Source: Ignavibacteriota bacterium (GTDB lineage: Bacteria; Bacteroidota; Ignavibacteria; UBA10030). Taken from it: DNA of 64,000 nucleotides. The notes under the pieces were generated by a model. The model made no database searches. It was not told the origin of the DNA and saw only the letters and a list, made by a program, of their open reading frames with translations. Location of the stretch: assembly GCA_963701295.1 (NCBI GenBank), contig OY969585.1:1984001-2048000 (forward strand), given 5' to 3'. Both the position numbers and the translations under genes were made by a program. Shown here in pieces: positions 52,652-62,355 of the stretch (positions are counted from its first letter, which is position 1; every line of letters starts with the position of its first letter).

Positions 52652-52751
52652 TAAACCGAAGGTCGGAGAAAGGTTCTCAACCGAAGGCTGATCCGCCTCT
52701 GACGGAAACTCCCAGCTTCAGCTCAGCGTCAGAAAACAGTTCTTGTTCCTC

Positions 52752-52775
52752 ATCCGCCGTTGAGCGGATTTTTTT
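52752..52775 (+). terminator. Rho-independent terminator after the tRNA locus
   Basis: ATCCGC-cgttga-GCGGAT followed by T run. Confidence 0.75.
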
Positions 52776-52803
52776 ATCTTATATTGTTAAAAGAACATAA
52801 ATA

Positions 52804-53367
52804 ATGTCATTTCTTGAAGTTTTTTTCATTGCACTCGGTTTAGCTTCGGATGCATTTGCGATTTCTATTAGTGCAGGATCAACTGGTGTGACGACAGAAC
52901 CGCGGGCTATGTTACGGTTATCTTTCCATTTTGGACTTTTTCAATTTTTAATGCCCATCTTTGGCTGGCTTGCAGGTTTAAGCATCGAACACTATATCCA
53001 AATGTTCGATCACTGGATTGCGTTCGGACTGCTTCTGTGGGTTGCTGTGCACATGATTCGATCTGCCCAAGCTGGTAACGAACGTGCCGTCCAACAAGAT
53101 CCCAGCCGGGGAATGATGCTGGTTATTCTCTCTGTTGCGACAAGTTTGGATGCGTTAGCGATTGGATTGAGTTTGACGTTATCGCAAGTATCTATTTGGT
53201 ATCCTGCTGTTGTTATTGGTATCGTTACAGGCGTTGTATCATTTGTCGGTATTTTGCTTGGTCGGCGGTTTTCCAAGAAAGTTGGAAAGTGGGCGGCTGT
53301 AGTAGGAGGTGTTTTACTTGTTCTTATAGCTGTTAGGATCCTTTTGGTTCACATTCTTCCTCTATAA
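52804..53367 (+). CDS. mntP: Manganese efflux pump MntP family
   Basis: ALGLASDAFAIS, FGLFQFLMP..GW, DHWIAFGLL, VATSLDALAIG. Confidence 0.9.
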   Translation: MSFLEVFFIALGLASDAFAISISAGSTGVTTEPRAMLRLSFHFGLFQFLMPIFGWLAGLSIEHYIQMFDHWIAFGLLLWVAVHMIRSAQAGNERAVQQDPSRGMMLVILSVATSLDALAIGLSLTLSQVSIWYPAVVIGIVTGVVSFVGILLGRRFSKKVGKWAAVVGGVLLVLIAVRILLVHILPL

Positions 53368-53458
53368 GAGTTTCCCCAAAGGTGAACATGAGAAAATGAT
53401 TGATTGTGGCGGCATCTTTTCATAATTTATTTAAGTATGTTAAAATGTTGTTCACTGA

Positions 53459-54877
<1,419 letters not shown>

Positions 54878-54879
54878 AT

Positions 54880-55293
54880 ATGGCAGATAAAATTCTTCAG
54901 CTGGAAATCGTGACACCCCGGCGTGTTGTTTTCAAAGGTGAAGTGACAAGTTTGAGCGCTCCGGGTGTTGTAGGTGGATTTCAGGTACTTTATGATCATG
55001 CACCATTGCTCTCATCTCTGAAAATTGGCGAGGTTAAGATCAAGGAAGCAAGTGGCACTGAATTCCATTATGCCATTTCAGGTGGTTTTGTTGAAGTGCG
55101 GGACAATCATATCATTTTGCTGGCTGAAACCGCGGAACGTACTGATGAAATCGATGCAGAACGAGCGAAAGCCTCTCGTGATCGTGCTCAGAAACGTATA
55201 ACGGAGAGGAAATCGGACATCGACTTTGAGCGTGCACGGTTTGCACTCTATCGTGCGTTAAACCGTTTAAAGATTGCAGGCGTGAATTTATAG
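54880..55293 (+). CDS. atpC: F1 ATP synthase epsilon subunit
   Basis: LEIVTP, HAPLLS, ISGGFVEV, ILLAETAE..EID.ERA. Confidence 0.97.
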   Translation: MADKILQLEIVTPRRVVFKGEVTSLSAPGVVGGFQVLYDHAPLLSSLKIGEVKIKEASGTEFHYAISGGFVEVRDNHIILLAETAERTDEIDAERAKASRDRAQKRITERKSDIDFERARFALYRALNRLKIAGVNL

Positions 55294-55343
55294 GGAAGCC
55301 CACTGTATATCTTCAGTGTGTTTTACGTTTCTGGAGGTATTCA

Positions 55344-55372
55344 TTGACAATCAAGGCACGAAGGGTTATATT
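55344..55372 (+). promoter_or_regulatory. Sigma70-type promoter
   Basis: TTGACA-17 nt-TATATT. Confidence 0.75.
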
Positions 55373-55425
55373 CATCCCAGTCGTTTTCTCATAAAGTCAT
55401 TCATCATTTGAAACAGCGTTCATAA

Positions 55426-55635
55426 GTGCAGAGAACCACTAATTCCACTATCGTAGTTATTGACCTCGGTGCGATCGCTTTTTACCTTCGCGATATTTGC
55501 AAACACGTTGGACCAAAAGCAAAAATCATATTAGTGAAGTGCAGTATGATGTACGCTTCTAGATATATATGCATCCCCTATGAAAGTTTTAGTCGAGTGC
55601 CATCTTGTGTTCCACGAATAAATAGGAATGTATGA
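55426..55635 (+). pseudogene. alr: Internally deleted alanine racemase remnant
   Basis: T...IDLGAIAFYLRDICKHVGPKAKIILVK resembles the Alr N-terminus; IPYE...S.VPRI resembles the Alr C-terminus. Confidence 0.7.
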
Positions 55636-56513
55636 ACCGCTCACAGAAATACATCTCCATTCTTCTCGAGCGTCTACCGAAATGGGAACTTCGCTCGTAC
55701 GAACACCAAACCAGTCTTGATCGGATTCGAGATCGGGTCACCTCTTCTTCGGATATTTACGCGGAACTCAATTCTCTCTATCAAGTAAAAGGTTTCGCTG
55801 AATTTGCTTTGAGCTTAATGTGGATTGCAGATAAGGTGGAAAAAGATACAACACTGGATGAATCGACGCTTGCCGAAGAAACTCTCGTGTTTGAAAAGTT
55901 ACGTTATGCATTGGGAGATATTTCTGTACCATCACAAGAATCCACTTCTATTACAGAGACAGTCGATCTTCCATCTTCACCAGGATTTGAATCGGCCCCA
56001 TCGCCTGCTCTTGAAGGAATGTCGATATCATCATCCGAATCTCTCCGTGAACTGACACCATCACCTGAGCCGGAGGCTACACCAGAAGTGTTGCTTGATT
56101 CGTGGGGGAAAGAGCCTCAAGCTCCCTCACAGACACTATCGATGGGCGATAGCACAACGATGGGAAGTGAACAGGAACGTGGTTTTTCCAACTTGCTGGA
56201 ACGCTTTTTAGAATCCGTCCAAAGTGGAAATGATGATCGGACAACATTGTTATCTGATGTTATCAATGAATGCAATACAGTGGTCAATGCTGATTCGGTG
56301 CCGGAAGATTATAAACAGTTCTGTCAATTGCTTGTGGAATTTCTCGAATATATATCGGACAATCAATATCTTGATGATATTCGTGTTATGAACATTGTTT
56401 CAAACATTCAAGATCCAGTGAACCAGTGGGCACGAAGTGATGAGAACAATCGAACCGGTTTGTTGGATCCAGCAATTGAAATTCTCCGAGATTTTAAAAC
56501 TATGTTTGAATGA
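55632..56513 (+). CDS. Hypothetical acidic protein, two helical regions joined by a Ser/Pro/Glu-rich linker
   Basis: 293-aa ORF, AGGA RBS, stop overlaps the manC start. Confidence 0.8.
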   Translation: MNRSQKYISILLERLPKWELRSYEHQTSLDRIRDRVTSSSDIYAELNSLYQVKGFAEFALSLMWIADKVEKDTTLDESTLAEETLVFEKLRYALGDISVPSQESTSITETVDLPSSPGFESAPSPALEGMSISSSESLRELTPSPEPEATPEVLLDSWGKEPQAPSQTLSMGDSTTMGSEQERGFSNLLERFLESVQSGNDDRTTLLSDVINECNTVVNADSVPEDYKQFCQLLVEFLEYISDNQYLDDIRVMNIVSNIQDPVNQWARSDENNRTGLLDPAIEILRDFKTMFE

Positions 56514-57610
56514 CGAGTATAAATCAACAAAATATTTACGCAGTAATCATGGCGGGTGGTGTTGGTTCACGGTTCTGGCCGAGAAGCCGTGAGCGGTCAC
56601 CAAAGCAAGTATTGGAAATTGTTGGTTCCGGATCGATGATCTTCAATACCGTAGCTCGTATTCAACCATTGGTTCCATCGGACAGAACGATGGTAGTAAT
56701 AAACAGGCTTCAAAAAGATATCATCCACCAGCAGGTACCTGCACTACCATCGCAGAATGTACTCGTGGAGCCGCTCGGAAGAAATACAGCGCCGTGTATC
56801 GGACTGGCAGCAAAGTGGATACATCACTACGATCCTGAAGCCATCATGGTCATTCTGCCGGCAGATCATATTATTGCCAATACGGAAGAATTTTTACATG
56901 TCGTTCAATGTGCTGCGCATGTGGCAACAGAGAATGATGCATTGGTCACGATCGGGATCAAACCAACTCATCCGGAAACAGGATATGGATACATCCAATT
57001 CGAAGATACTTCAGAACAGAATCCATATTTGGCAGATGGTATCTACCGCGTGAAAACGTTTGCCGAAAAACCAAATCTTGAGACAGCCGAAAAATTTTTA
57101 AAGAGCGGAGATTTTCTCTGGAATAGTGGAATGTTTATCTGGAAAGCTCGCGTCATTTTACAGGAAATTGAAAAACATCTTCCAGAACTTGGCGAGCAGC
57201 TGGCAAAGCTGGGACCCGTCATTGGTACCGATATATATCAATCGACATTAGAGCATGTTTATGGTGTCATTCGCAGTATCTCCATCGATTATGGAGTGAT
57301 GGAAAAAGCGTCGAAAGTTTTTGTGGCAAAGGGAGATTTTGGGTGGAGTGATGTTGGCTCATGGGATGAAGTAGTGCGTCTCACGCCGAAGGATGGAGAC
57401 GGAAACACGCTGCGCGGAACAGCGATTGTGAAAGATTCGCATCGCAATTATATCGACGCAGGCAACAGAGTTATTGCAATGATTGGTGTGGATGACATGA
57501 TCGTTGTCACGACTGATGATGCGGTTCTGATCTGTAAAAAAGGGCGTTCGCAAGACGTCAAAGAAGTTGTTGATTACCTTCGCCGCAAACAGATGAATGA
57601 ATTGCTCTAG
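56510..57610 (+). CDS. manC: Mannose-1-phosphate guanylyltransferase
   Basis: IMAGGVGSRFWPRSR..PKQ, EP.GRNTAPC, PADH, ETGYGYI, EKP, WNSGMF, SIDYGVMEK, WSDVGSW. Confidence 0.95.
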   Translation: MTSINQQNIYAVIMAGGVGSRFWPRSRERSPKQVLEIVGSGSMIFNTVARIQPLVPSDRTMVVINRLQKDIIHQQVPALPSQNVLVEPLGRNTAPCIGLAAKWIHHYDPEAIMVILPADHIIANTEEFLHVVQCAAHVATENDALVTIGIKPTHPETGYGYIQFEDTSEQNPYLADGIYRVKTFAEKPNLETAEKFLKSGDFLWNSGMFIWKARVILQEIEKHLPELGEQLAKLGPVIGTDIYQSTLEHVYGVIRSISIDYGVMEKASKVFVAKGDFGWSDVGSWDEVVRLTPKDGDGNTLRGTAIVKDSHRNYIDAGNRVIAMIGVDDMIVVTTDDAVLICKKGRSQDVKEVVDYLRRKQMNELL

Positions 57611-58064
57611 CAGAAAGACAATATACGGAATAGTACTCATCTCACTCTTCGGTTGTTCCGCATCACCGAGGTTCGCGGAAAAAGGTGGTCATTCCAAAGA
57701 AACCAAAATACCACAATCGATAGATCAGCCCGGGAAGCATGTATCTGGAAAAGCTCTACTGACACTTGAAGGTGTTGTCTCCTACTATGCAAATGATTTT
57801 GATGGCAAGCCGACTTCAAGCGGTGAGACATATGATATGCATGCACTTACAGCTGCTCATCGCACTTTTCCATTTGGAACGAAAGTGCGTGTTACAAACT
57901 TGGACAACAATGAAACTGTTATTGTACGAGTGAATGACCGGGGACCCTTTAAAGAAGGGCGTATTATGGATCTATCGATGGGCGCAGCGAAGGAAATTGA
58001 CTTAATTCTTAATGGTACAGCTCGTGCACGGTTAGAAGTTCTTGAATGGGGGAATGGAAATTAG
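57597..58064 (+). CDS. rlpA: RlpA-family lytic transglycosylase lipoprotein (DPBB)
   Basis: Lipobox LFGC; SYY...GKPTSSGE.YD..ALTAAHRT.PFGT, VRVNDRGPF, DLS. Confidence 0.92.
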   Translation: MNCSSRKTIYGIVLISLFGCSASPRFAEKGGHSKETKIPQSIDQPGKHVSGKALLTLEGVVSYYANDFDGKPTSSGETYDMHALTAAHRTFPFGTKVRVTNLDNNETVIVRVNDRGPFKEGRIMDLSMGAAKEIDLILNGTARARLEVLEWGNGN

Positions 58065-58156
58065 CTGCCTAGAATATATTTTATAATTGAAGTACGAAAT
58101 TTAAGGCATGTCATATGATTGTAAACCAAAAGGATGATTCGTCAAGCAATAAAGCC

Positions 58157-58189
58157 AAGCCGCACAGATTTTTTTCAGTGTGGCTTTTT
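58157..58189 (+). terminator. Probable terminator
   Basis: AAGCCGCAC...GTGTGGCTT followed by T run. Confidence 0.55.
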
Positions 58190-58204
58190 CATTCATAAAA
58201 GAAC

Positions 58205-58423
58205 ATGAAACTTACGGTTAAAATAAAACCCAATTCAAGGAAAAATGAGATAAAGTGTGCTGAAGACGGAACACTTACCATTTTAGTGACAGTTCCACCT
58301 ATAGAGGGAAGGGCGAATGAAAAATTGATTGAACTTTTATCCGAATACTTTAAAAAACCGAAACGATGTATTTCTATTGTGGCAGGATTCAAAAGCAAGA
58401 ATAAAATTGTCGAAATTGAATGA
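58205..58423 (+). CDS. DUF167 (YggU/UPF0235) protein
   Basis: VKIKPNSR, PPIEGRANEKLIELLS, G.KSKNK. Confidence 0.9.
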   Translation: MKLTVKIKPNSRKNEIKCAEDGTLTILVTVPPIEGRANEKLIELLSEYFKKPKRCISIVAGFKSKNKIVEIE

Positions 58424-58609
58424 AAAACTCAAATGCAATGTGGCAAAATTGCCTTAAAAAAGCATATCAATGCAAAAAAAGTCATTCCTTCATTGATTTC
58501 TTGAAGGGAATTAGCTAAATTGCTATAGCAATGGAAGGTAGAGAAATGGAACGTATTTAGAATTTTGAGTGTTCTGAAAATAACTAATGTTGAACCATTT
58601 TGAGGTTTC

Positions 58610-59371
58610 ATGAATATTGTTGAAAAAGAGAAATGGCTGCAAAGGGGTCCTCTTTTTGGAGTGATTTTGATTATTTTCAGTTCTTTAACTATACAGGGAT
58701 GTTCTCAACAAATTACGGGGGCTTCTTTTGTTCAAAAAACCAATAGTCCAAATGATGTATTGATCGAGGGAGCATTCCCAGAGCAACCTTCGCCATTTAC
58801 ATCGATGAACATAGCAGGTCTTGACCGATACATTCCTTTAGTAAAAAAGTATGCACAAGAATATGGAATAGACTGGGTTTTGATTCTTGCAATGATGAAA
58901 CAGGAATCGAGATTTAACCATGAGGCGGTAAGTTATAAAGGTGCATATGGATTGATGCAGATTATGCCGGTAACACAAATTGAACTGGCAGAAAAATTGG
59001 GTGTAGAAGAAACAATAACTCCGCGCAATAATATCAAAGCGGGCATTTATCATCTCAAATCGCTTTATACGATGTTTGAGAATATACAAGAAGAAGACAG
59101 AACCTGTCTTTCACTTGCCGCATATAATGCAGGACTTGGACGTGTGCTCGACGCTCAGAAAATTGCTTCTTATATGGGGAATGATCCTCATCGATGGTCT
59201 TCCGTCCGAGAGGCATTTCCGTTTTTAACAAAGAAGAATTATACATTACATAGCCGTATTTGGAGTGAGGGATGTCCACCCAGCGGATATTTCCGAAATC
59301 CCAAGCAAACGTTGGAATATGTCGATAATATCATGACATCCTATGATCGATATAGTTTATCACTGAAATAG
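58610..59371 (+). CDS. SLT-domain lytic transglycosylase (MltF-like catalytic domain)
   Basis: QESRFN.EAVS..GAYGLMQIMP, NIKAGI, LAAYNAG.GRV.DA. Confidence 0.92.
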   Translation: MNIVEKEKWLQRGPLFGVILIIFSSLTIQGCSQQITGASFVQKTNSPNDVLIEGAFPEQPSPFTSMNIAGLDRYIPLVKKYAQEYGIDWVLILAMMKQESRFNHEAVSYKGAYGLMQIMPVTQIELAEKLGVEETITPRNNIKAGIYHLKSLYTMFENIQEEDRTCLSLAAYNAGLGRVLDAQKIASYMGNDPHRWSSVREAFPFLTKKNYTLHSRIWSEGCPPSGYFRNPKQTLEYVDNIMTSYDRYSLSLK

Positions 59372-59442
59372 CATAGTTTACTGCAACATCTCTTCAGTTT
59401 TTTCGAATCTATTGAATGAATAAATACTACTAGAAAAAACGC

Positions 59443-59471
59443 TTGACATTCATATATTGTAAGTATATATT
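59443..59471 (+). promoter_or_regulatory. Sigma70-type promoter
   Basis: TTGACA-17 nt-TATATT. Confidence 0.8.
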
Positions 59472-59577
59472 TTTATGTGTTTGTTGAATGAACACGTTCA
59501 TAATGAATAAACTACTGCTACTCAATTAACTGATTCACTCATATAACTGATACACTCACTAAACAAGGAGTTACATA

Positions 59578-60129
59578 ATGAAACGCATTCTTCTTATTTC
59601 TATACTGTTGGTTATCGCAGTGGGCTTGTCATTTAGCCAGATGGCGTATAAAAAGGGCGATCAAGTGATAAACGTCGGTATTGGTATCGGCGGACTTGCT
59701 GGCGCGTATGGTACTGGCAGTGTCGCAATTACCGGTGGTTATGAATATGGTGTTACCGAAAACATCTCGTTAGGCGGTGTGGTTGGTTATTCTTCGTCAA
59801 CAGATGATTTCGGTTTTGGTTATGGTTGGAAGTATACATATATAATAATTGGTGCACGCGGTGCATATCATGTTGATTTATTCCATAATCCCAATATCGA
59901 CACCTATGGCGGAATTTTACTGGGTTACAATATCGTTTCCTCAAAAGCAACTGGTAATTTTCCGACTCTGTATGGCTATAGCTTGGGATCATACTCAGCA
60001 TCATCGAGTTATCTCGAATACGGCATCTTTGTCGGAGGTCGTTATTATTTTAATCCCCACTGGGCAGTGCAGGCAGAGTTAGGATACGGCCTCGGTATTC
60101 TGAATGTCGGCCTTGCATACAGGTTATAA
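59578..60129 (+). CDS. Small outer-membrane beta-barrel protein
   Basis: Signal peptide, Gly/Tyr-rich amphipathic strands, GARGAYH, GGRYYF, AELGYG, C-terminal GLAYRL. Confidence 0.85.
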   Translation: MKRILLISILLVIAVGLSFSQMAYKKGDQVINVGIGIGGLAGAYGTGSVAITGGYEYGVTENISLGGVVGYSSSTDDFGFGYGWKYTYIIIGARGAYHVDLFHNPNIDTYGGILLGYNIVSSKATGNFPTLYGYSLGSYSASSSYLEYGIFVGGRYYFNPHWAVQAELGYGLGILNVGLAYRL

Positions 60130-60156
60130 TTTATAATCGTTTTTTTATAAGCAAAG

Positions 60157-60193
60157 AAAGGGAGAAAATCTAAAAGGATTTTCTCCCTTTTTT
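60157..60193 (+). terminator. Rho-independent terminator
   Basis: AAAGGGAGAAAATC-6 nt-GATTTTCTCCCTTT plus T run. Confidence 0.85.
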
Positions 60194-60201
60194 ATTCAGT
60201 C

Positions 60202-60251
60202 AAATTCCCGAAATCTTTCTATTTCATTTCTGGGACAGATTTCGGGAATTT
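60202..60251. repeat. 15-bp perfect inverted repeat with TCCCGA/TCGGGA core
   Basis: AAATTCCCGAAATCT (60202-16) and AGATTTCGGGAATTT (60237-51). Confidence 0.85.
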
Positions 60252-60300
60252 TTTTCCTATTCTTGGAAGCCTGAATTTATTTTCGTATCTTTATAACAGA

Positions 60301-61797
60301 ATGAAAGAATTTGCACATGAAGAAGGAAAGCCGCGCTGCCATTGCGGCGTTTTCGGAGTGTTTGGTCATCCAGAAGCTTCCGTTATGTGTTACTACGGCT
60401 TACACGCGCTCCAGCATCGAGGCCAAGAGGCGGCCGGTATTGTCACAAGCGAGTGGCTTGAAGATAAGAAAAAATGGCGCTTCAATATCCAAAAAGGAGA
60501 AGGACTCGTCTCTGATGTCTTCAAGGATGCCGAGATCCTCAAAGAAAAGTTAAAGGGAAATTCGGCAATCGGGCATAACCGATATTCAACGACCGGGTCA
60601 ACGGATAACAAATCGAATATCCAGCCTTTTGTAGTCAATTATAGATCCGGTAACCTTGCGCTCGGGCACAACGGCAACCTGACAAATTATCGAACGCTGC
60701 GCCATACGCTTCAAGAAGATGGAACAATTTTCCAATCAACATCCGACAGCGAGATTATCCTGCATCTTGCTGCACGAAGCAAGCATAAGGATCAAATCCT
60801 GCAAATCAAAGAGGCGCTGGATACGGTCGATGGCGCTTTTTCGCTCGTCATTTTAACAGACCACAGCTTGATTGCTGCCCGCGATTGGCACGGATTCCGC
60901 CCGCTCGCATTGGGTAAGGTGGAGGGCGCATATGTTGTTGCCTCTGAAACTTGTGCGTTTGATATTATCGGCGCAGAGTACATCCGCGATATCGCACCGG
61001 GTGAAATTGTGGTTATCGATAACGATGCGCTGACGACAGGAAAGATACAATCCTATTGGATTACAAAGAAATCTTCGCAACCACATCACTGTATCTTTGA
61101 GTACATCTATTTTTCCCGTCCGGATAGTAAAATATTTGGTATCAATGTTGATAAAGTACGGCGCAAGTTGGGAAAGTTGCTTGCCAGTGAAAATCCGATT
61201 ATCCCCCAATCACCTGAAGATAAAGTTATTATCATCAATGTTCCGGACTCCAGCAATACATGTACCCTGGGTTATGTAACTGAAAGTAATAAACAAGGGA
61301 GGAATGTCCGGCTTGAGCTCGGTCTGATCCGCAGCCACTATGTTGGGCGTACGTTTATCCAGCCCCAGCAGAATCATCGTGAGCTTAAGGTGAAGACGAA
61401 GTTCAATACCGTGAAAGGTGTTCTCAAAGGGAAGAAAGTTGTTATCGTCGATGATTCGATCGTTCGCGGAACGACATCAAAACAATTAGTAAAACTGATT
61501 AGAGAAGCAGGACCGAAAGAAGTGCACTTCCGTGTTTCGTGCCCTCCCATTAAATTCCCATGTTACTATGGAATGGATTTCCCCAGCCGCGAGGAATTGA
61601 TCGCTAATCGTTTCAACGGTGATATCGAGGCGATCGGTAAAGAATTAGGTGTTGAGAGTCTCTCATATTTGCCGATGGAAAAACTTCTCGCTTCGGCTCC
61701 AACGGATGATGGCAGGAATTATTGTACTGCTTGTTTTGATGGTAAGTATCCTGTTCCAATTGATCCAGGGGCTGCAAAGAACGAAAACGACCAGTAA
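60301..61797 (+). CDS. purF: Amidophosphoribosyltransferase (propeptide, Fe-S type)
   Basis: CGVFG, LQHRGQE, GHNRYST, HNGNL, CIFEYIYF, VDDSIVRGTT, CYYG, CTACF. Confidence 0.98.
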   Translation: MKEFAHEEGKPRCHCGVFGVFGHPEASVMCYYGLHALQHRGQEAAGIVTSEWLEDKKKWRFNIQKGEGLVSDVFKDAEILKEKLKGNSAIGHNRYSTTGSTDNKSNIQPFVVNYRSGNLALGHNGNLTNYRTLRHTLQEDGTIFQSTSDSEIILHLAARSKHKDQILQIKEALDTVDGAFSLVILTDHSLIAARDWHGFRPLALGKVEGAYVVASETCAFDIIGAEYIRDIAPGEIVVIDNDALTTGKIQSYWITKKSSQPHHCIFEYIYFSRPDSKIFGINVDKVRRKLGKLLASENPIIPQSPEDKVIIINVPDSSNTCTLGYVTESNKQGRNVRLELGLIRSHYVGRTFIQPQQNHRELKVKTKFNTVKGVLKGKKVVIVDDSIVRGTTSKQLVKLIREAGPKEVHFRVSCPPIKFPCYYGMDFPSREELIANRFNGDIEAIGKELGVESLSYLPMEKLLASAPTDDGRNYCTACFDGKYPVPIDPGAAKNENDQ

Positions 61798-62351
61798 TGA
61801 CGTACCGTTATCTTACTGTTTCCAATTTCATCAGTGCCAGTCGAATTATTATGGTCATGCCTATGGGCTATTGCCTTTTAACGGAATTCCCTCATCATAG
61901 GCTATGGACAGCCGGTATTATCCTTGTTGCGGTTGCAACGGATTTTCTCGATGGATTTCTTGCAAGAAAATTACACCAAGTCACAGAAATAGGCAAGATC
62001 ATCGATCCATTGGCAGATAAAATTGGTATAGGAGCATACGCCATCTTACTTGCCGTGACTGGTGATGTACCTCTTTGGTTTGTTGTATTCGTGTTGTTGC
62101 GAGACCTTCTTATTTTTTCTGGTGGATTATATATCCATCGAAATAAAAAAATTGTTCCTCAATCTAATTGGCCAGGAAAAATTTCAGTAAGCTGTATTGC
62201 CGTTACTTTTTTCTTAGCAACACTGCGGATGGATGCGTTTAACCACTTCTTGACTCTTTCCCTCTGGGGAAGTGTTGTCTTGATGCTGTGGTCAACGTGG
62301 AATTATGCTCAAAGGCTCTTTATCGGCAGAAACATTGAGATAACGAAGTGA
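61797..62351 (+). CDS. CDP-alcohol phosphatidyltransferase (PgsA-like)
   Basis: TDFLDGFLAR....T.IGK.IDPLADK. Confidence 0.92.
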   Translation: MTYRYLTVSNFISASRIIMVMPMGYCLLTEFPHHRLWTAGIILVAVATDFLDGFLARKLHQVTEIGKIIDPLADKIGIGAYAILLAVTGDVPLWFVVFVLLRDLLIFSGGLYIHRNKKIVPQSNWPGKISVSCIAVTFFLATLRMDAFNHFLTLSLWGSVVLMLWSTWNYAQRLFIGRNIEITK

Positions 62352-62355
62352 TTCT

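Larger units (their letters stand above)
52513..52725 (+). pseudogene. Disrupted outer tRNA-Thr-like gene enclosing the intact tRNA
   Basis: Acceptor halves GCTGAAG (52513-19) and CTTCAGC (52716-22)+TCA, D arm GCTCAGTGGTAGAGC, and TAAACCGAAGGTCG after the insert. Confidence 0.7.

Noticed and set aside
52513-52725. Prophage/ICE att site or CRISPR-like repeats at the tRNA
   Set aside because: No integrase or cargo, repeats are not regularly spaced, and both tRNA halves flank the intact gene with a different acceptor stem.
52626-52803. yybP-ykoY manganese riboswitch upstream of mntP
   Set aside because: Expected from context, but I cannot see the conserved GGGGAGUA-type core; the region is explained by the tRNA relic and terminator. 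An Infernal RF00080 scan would settle it.
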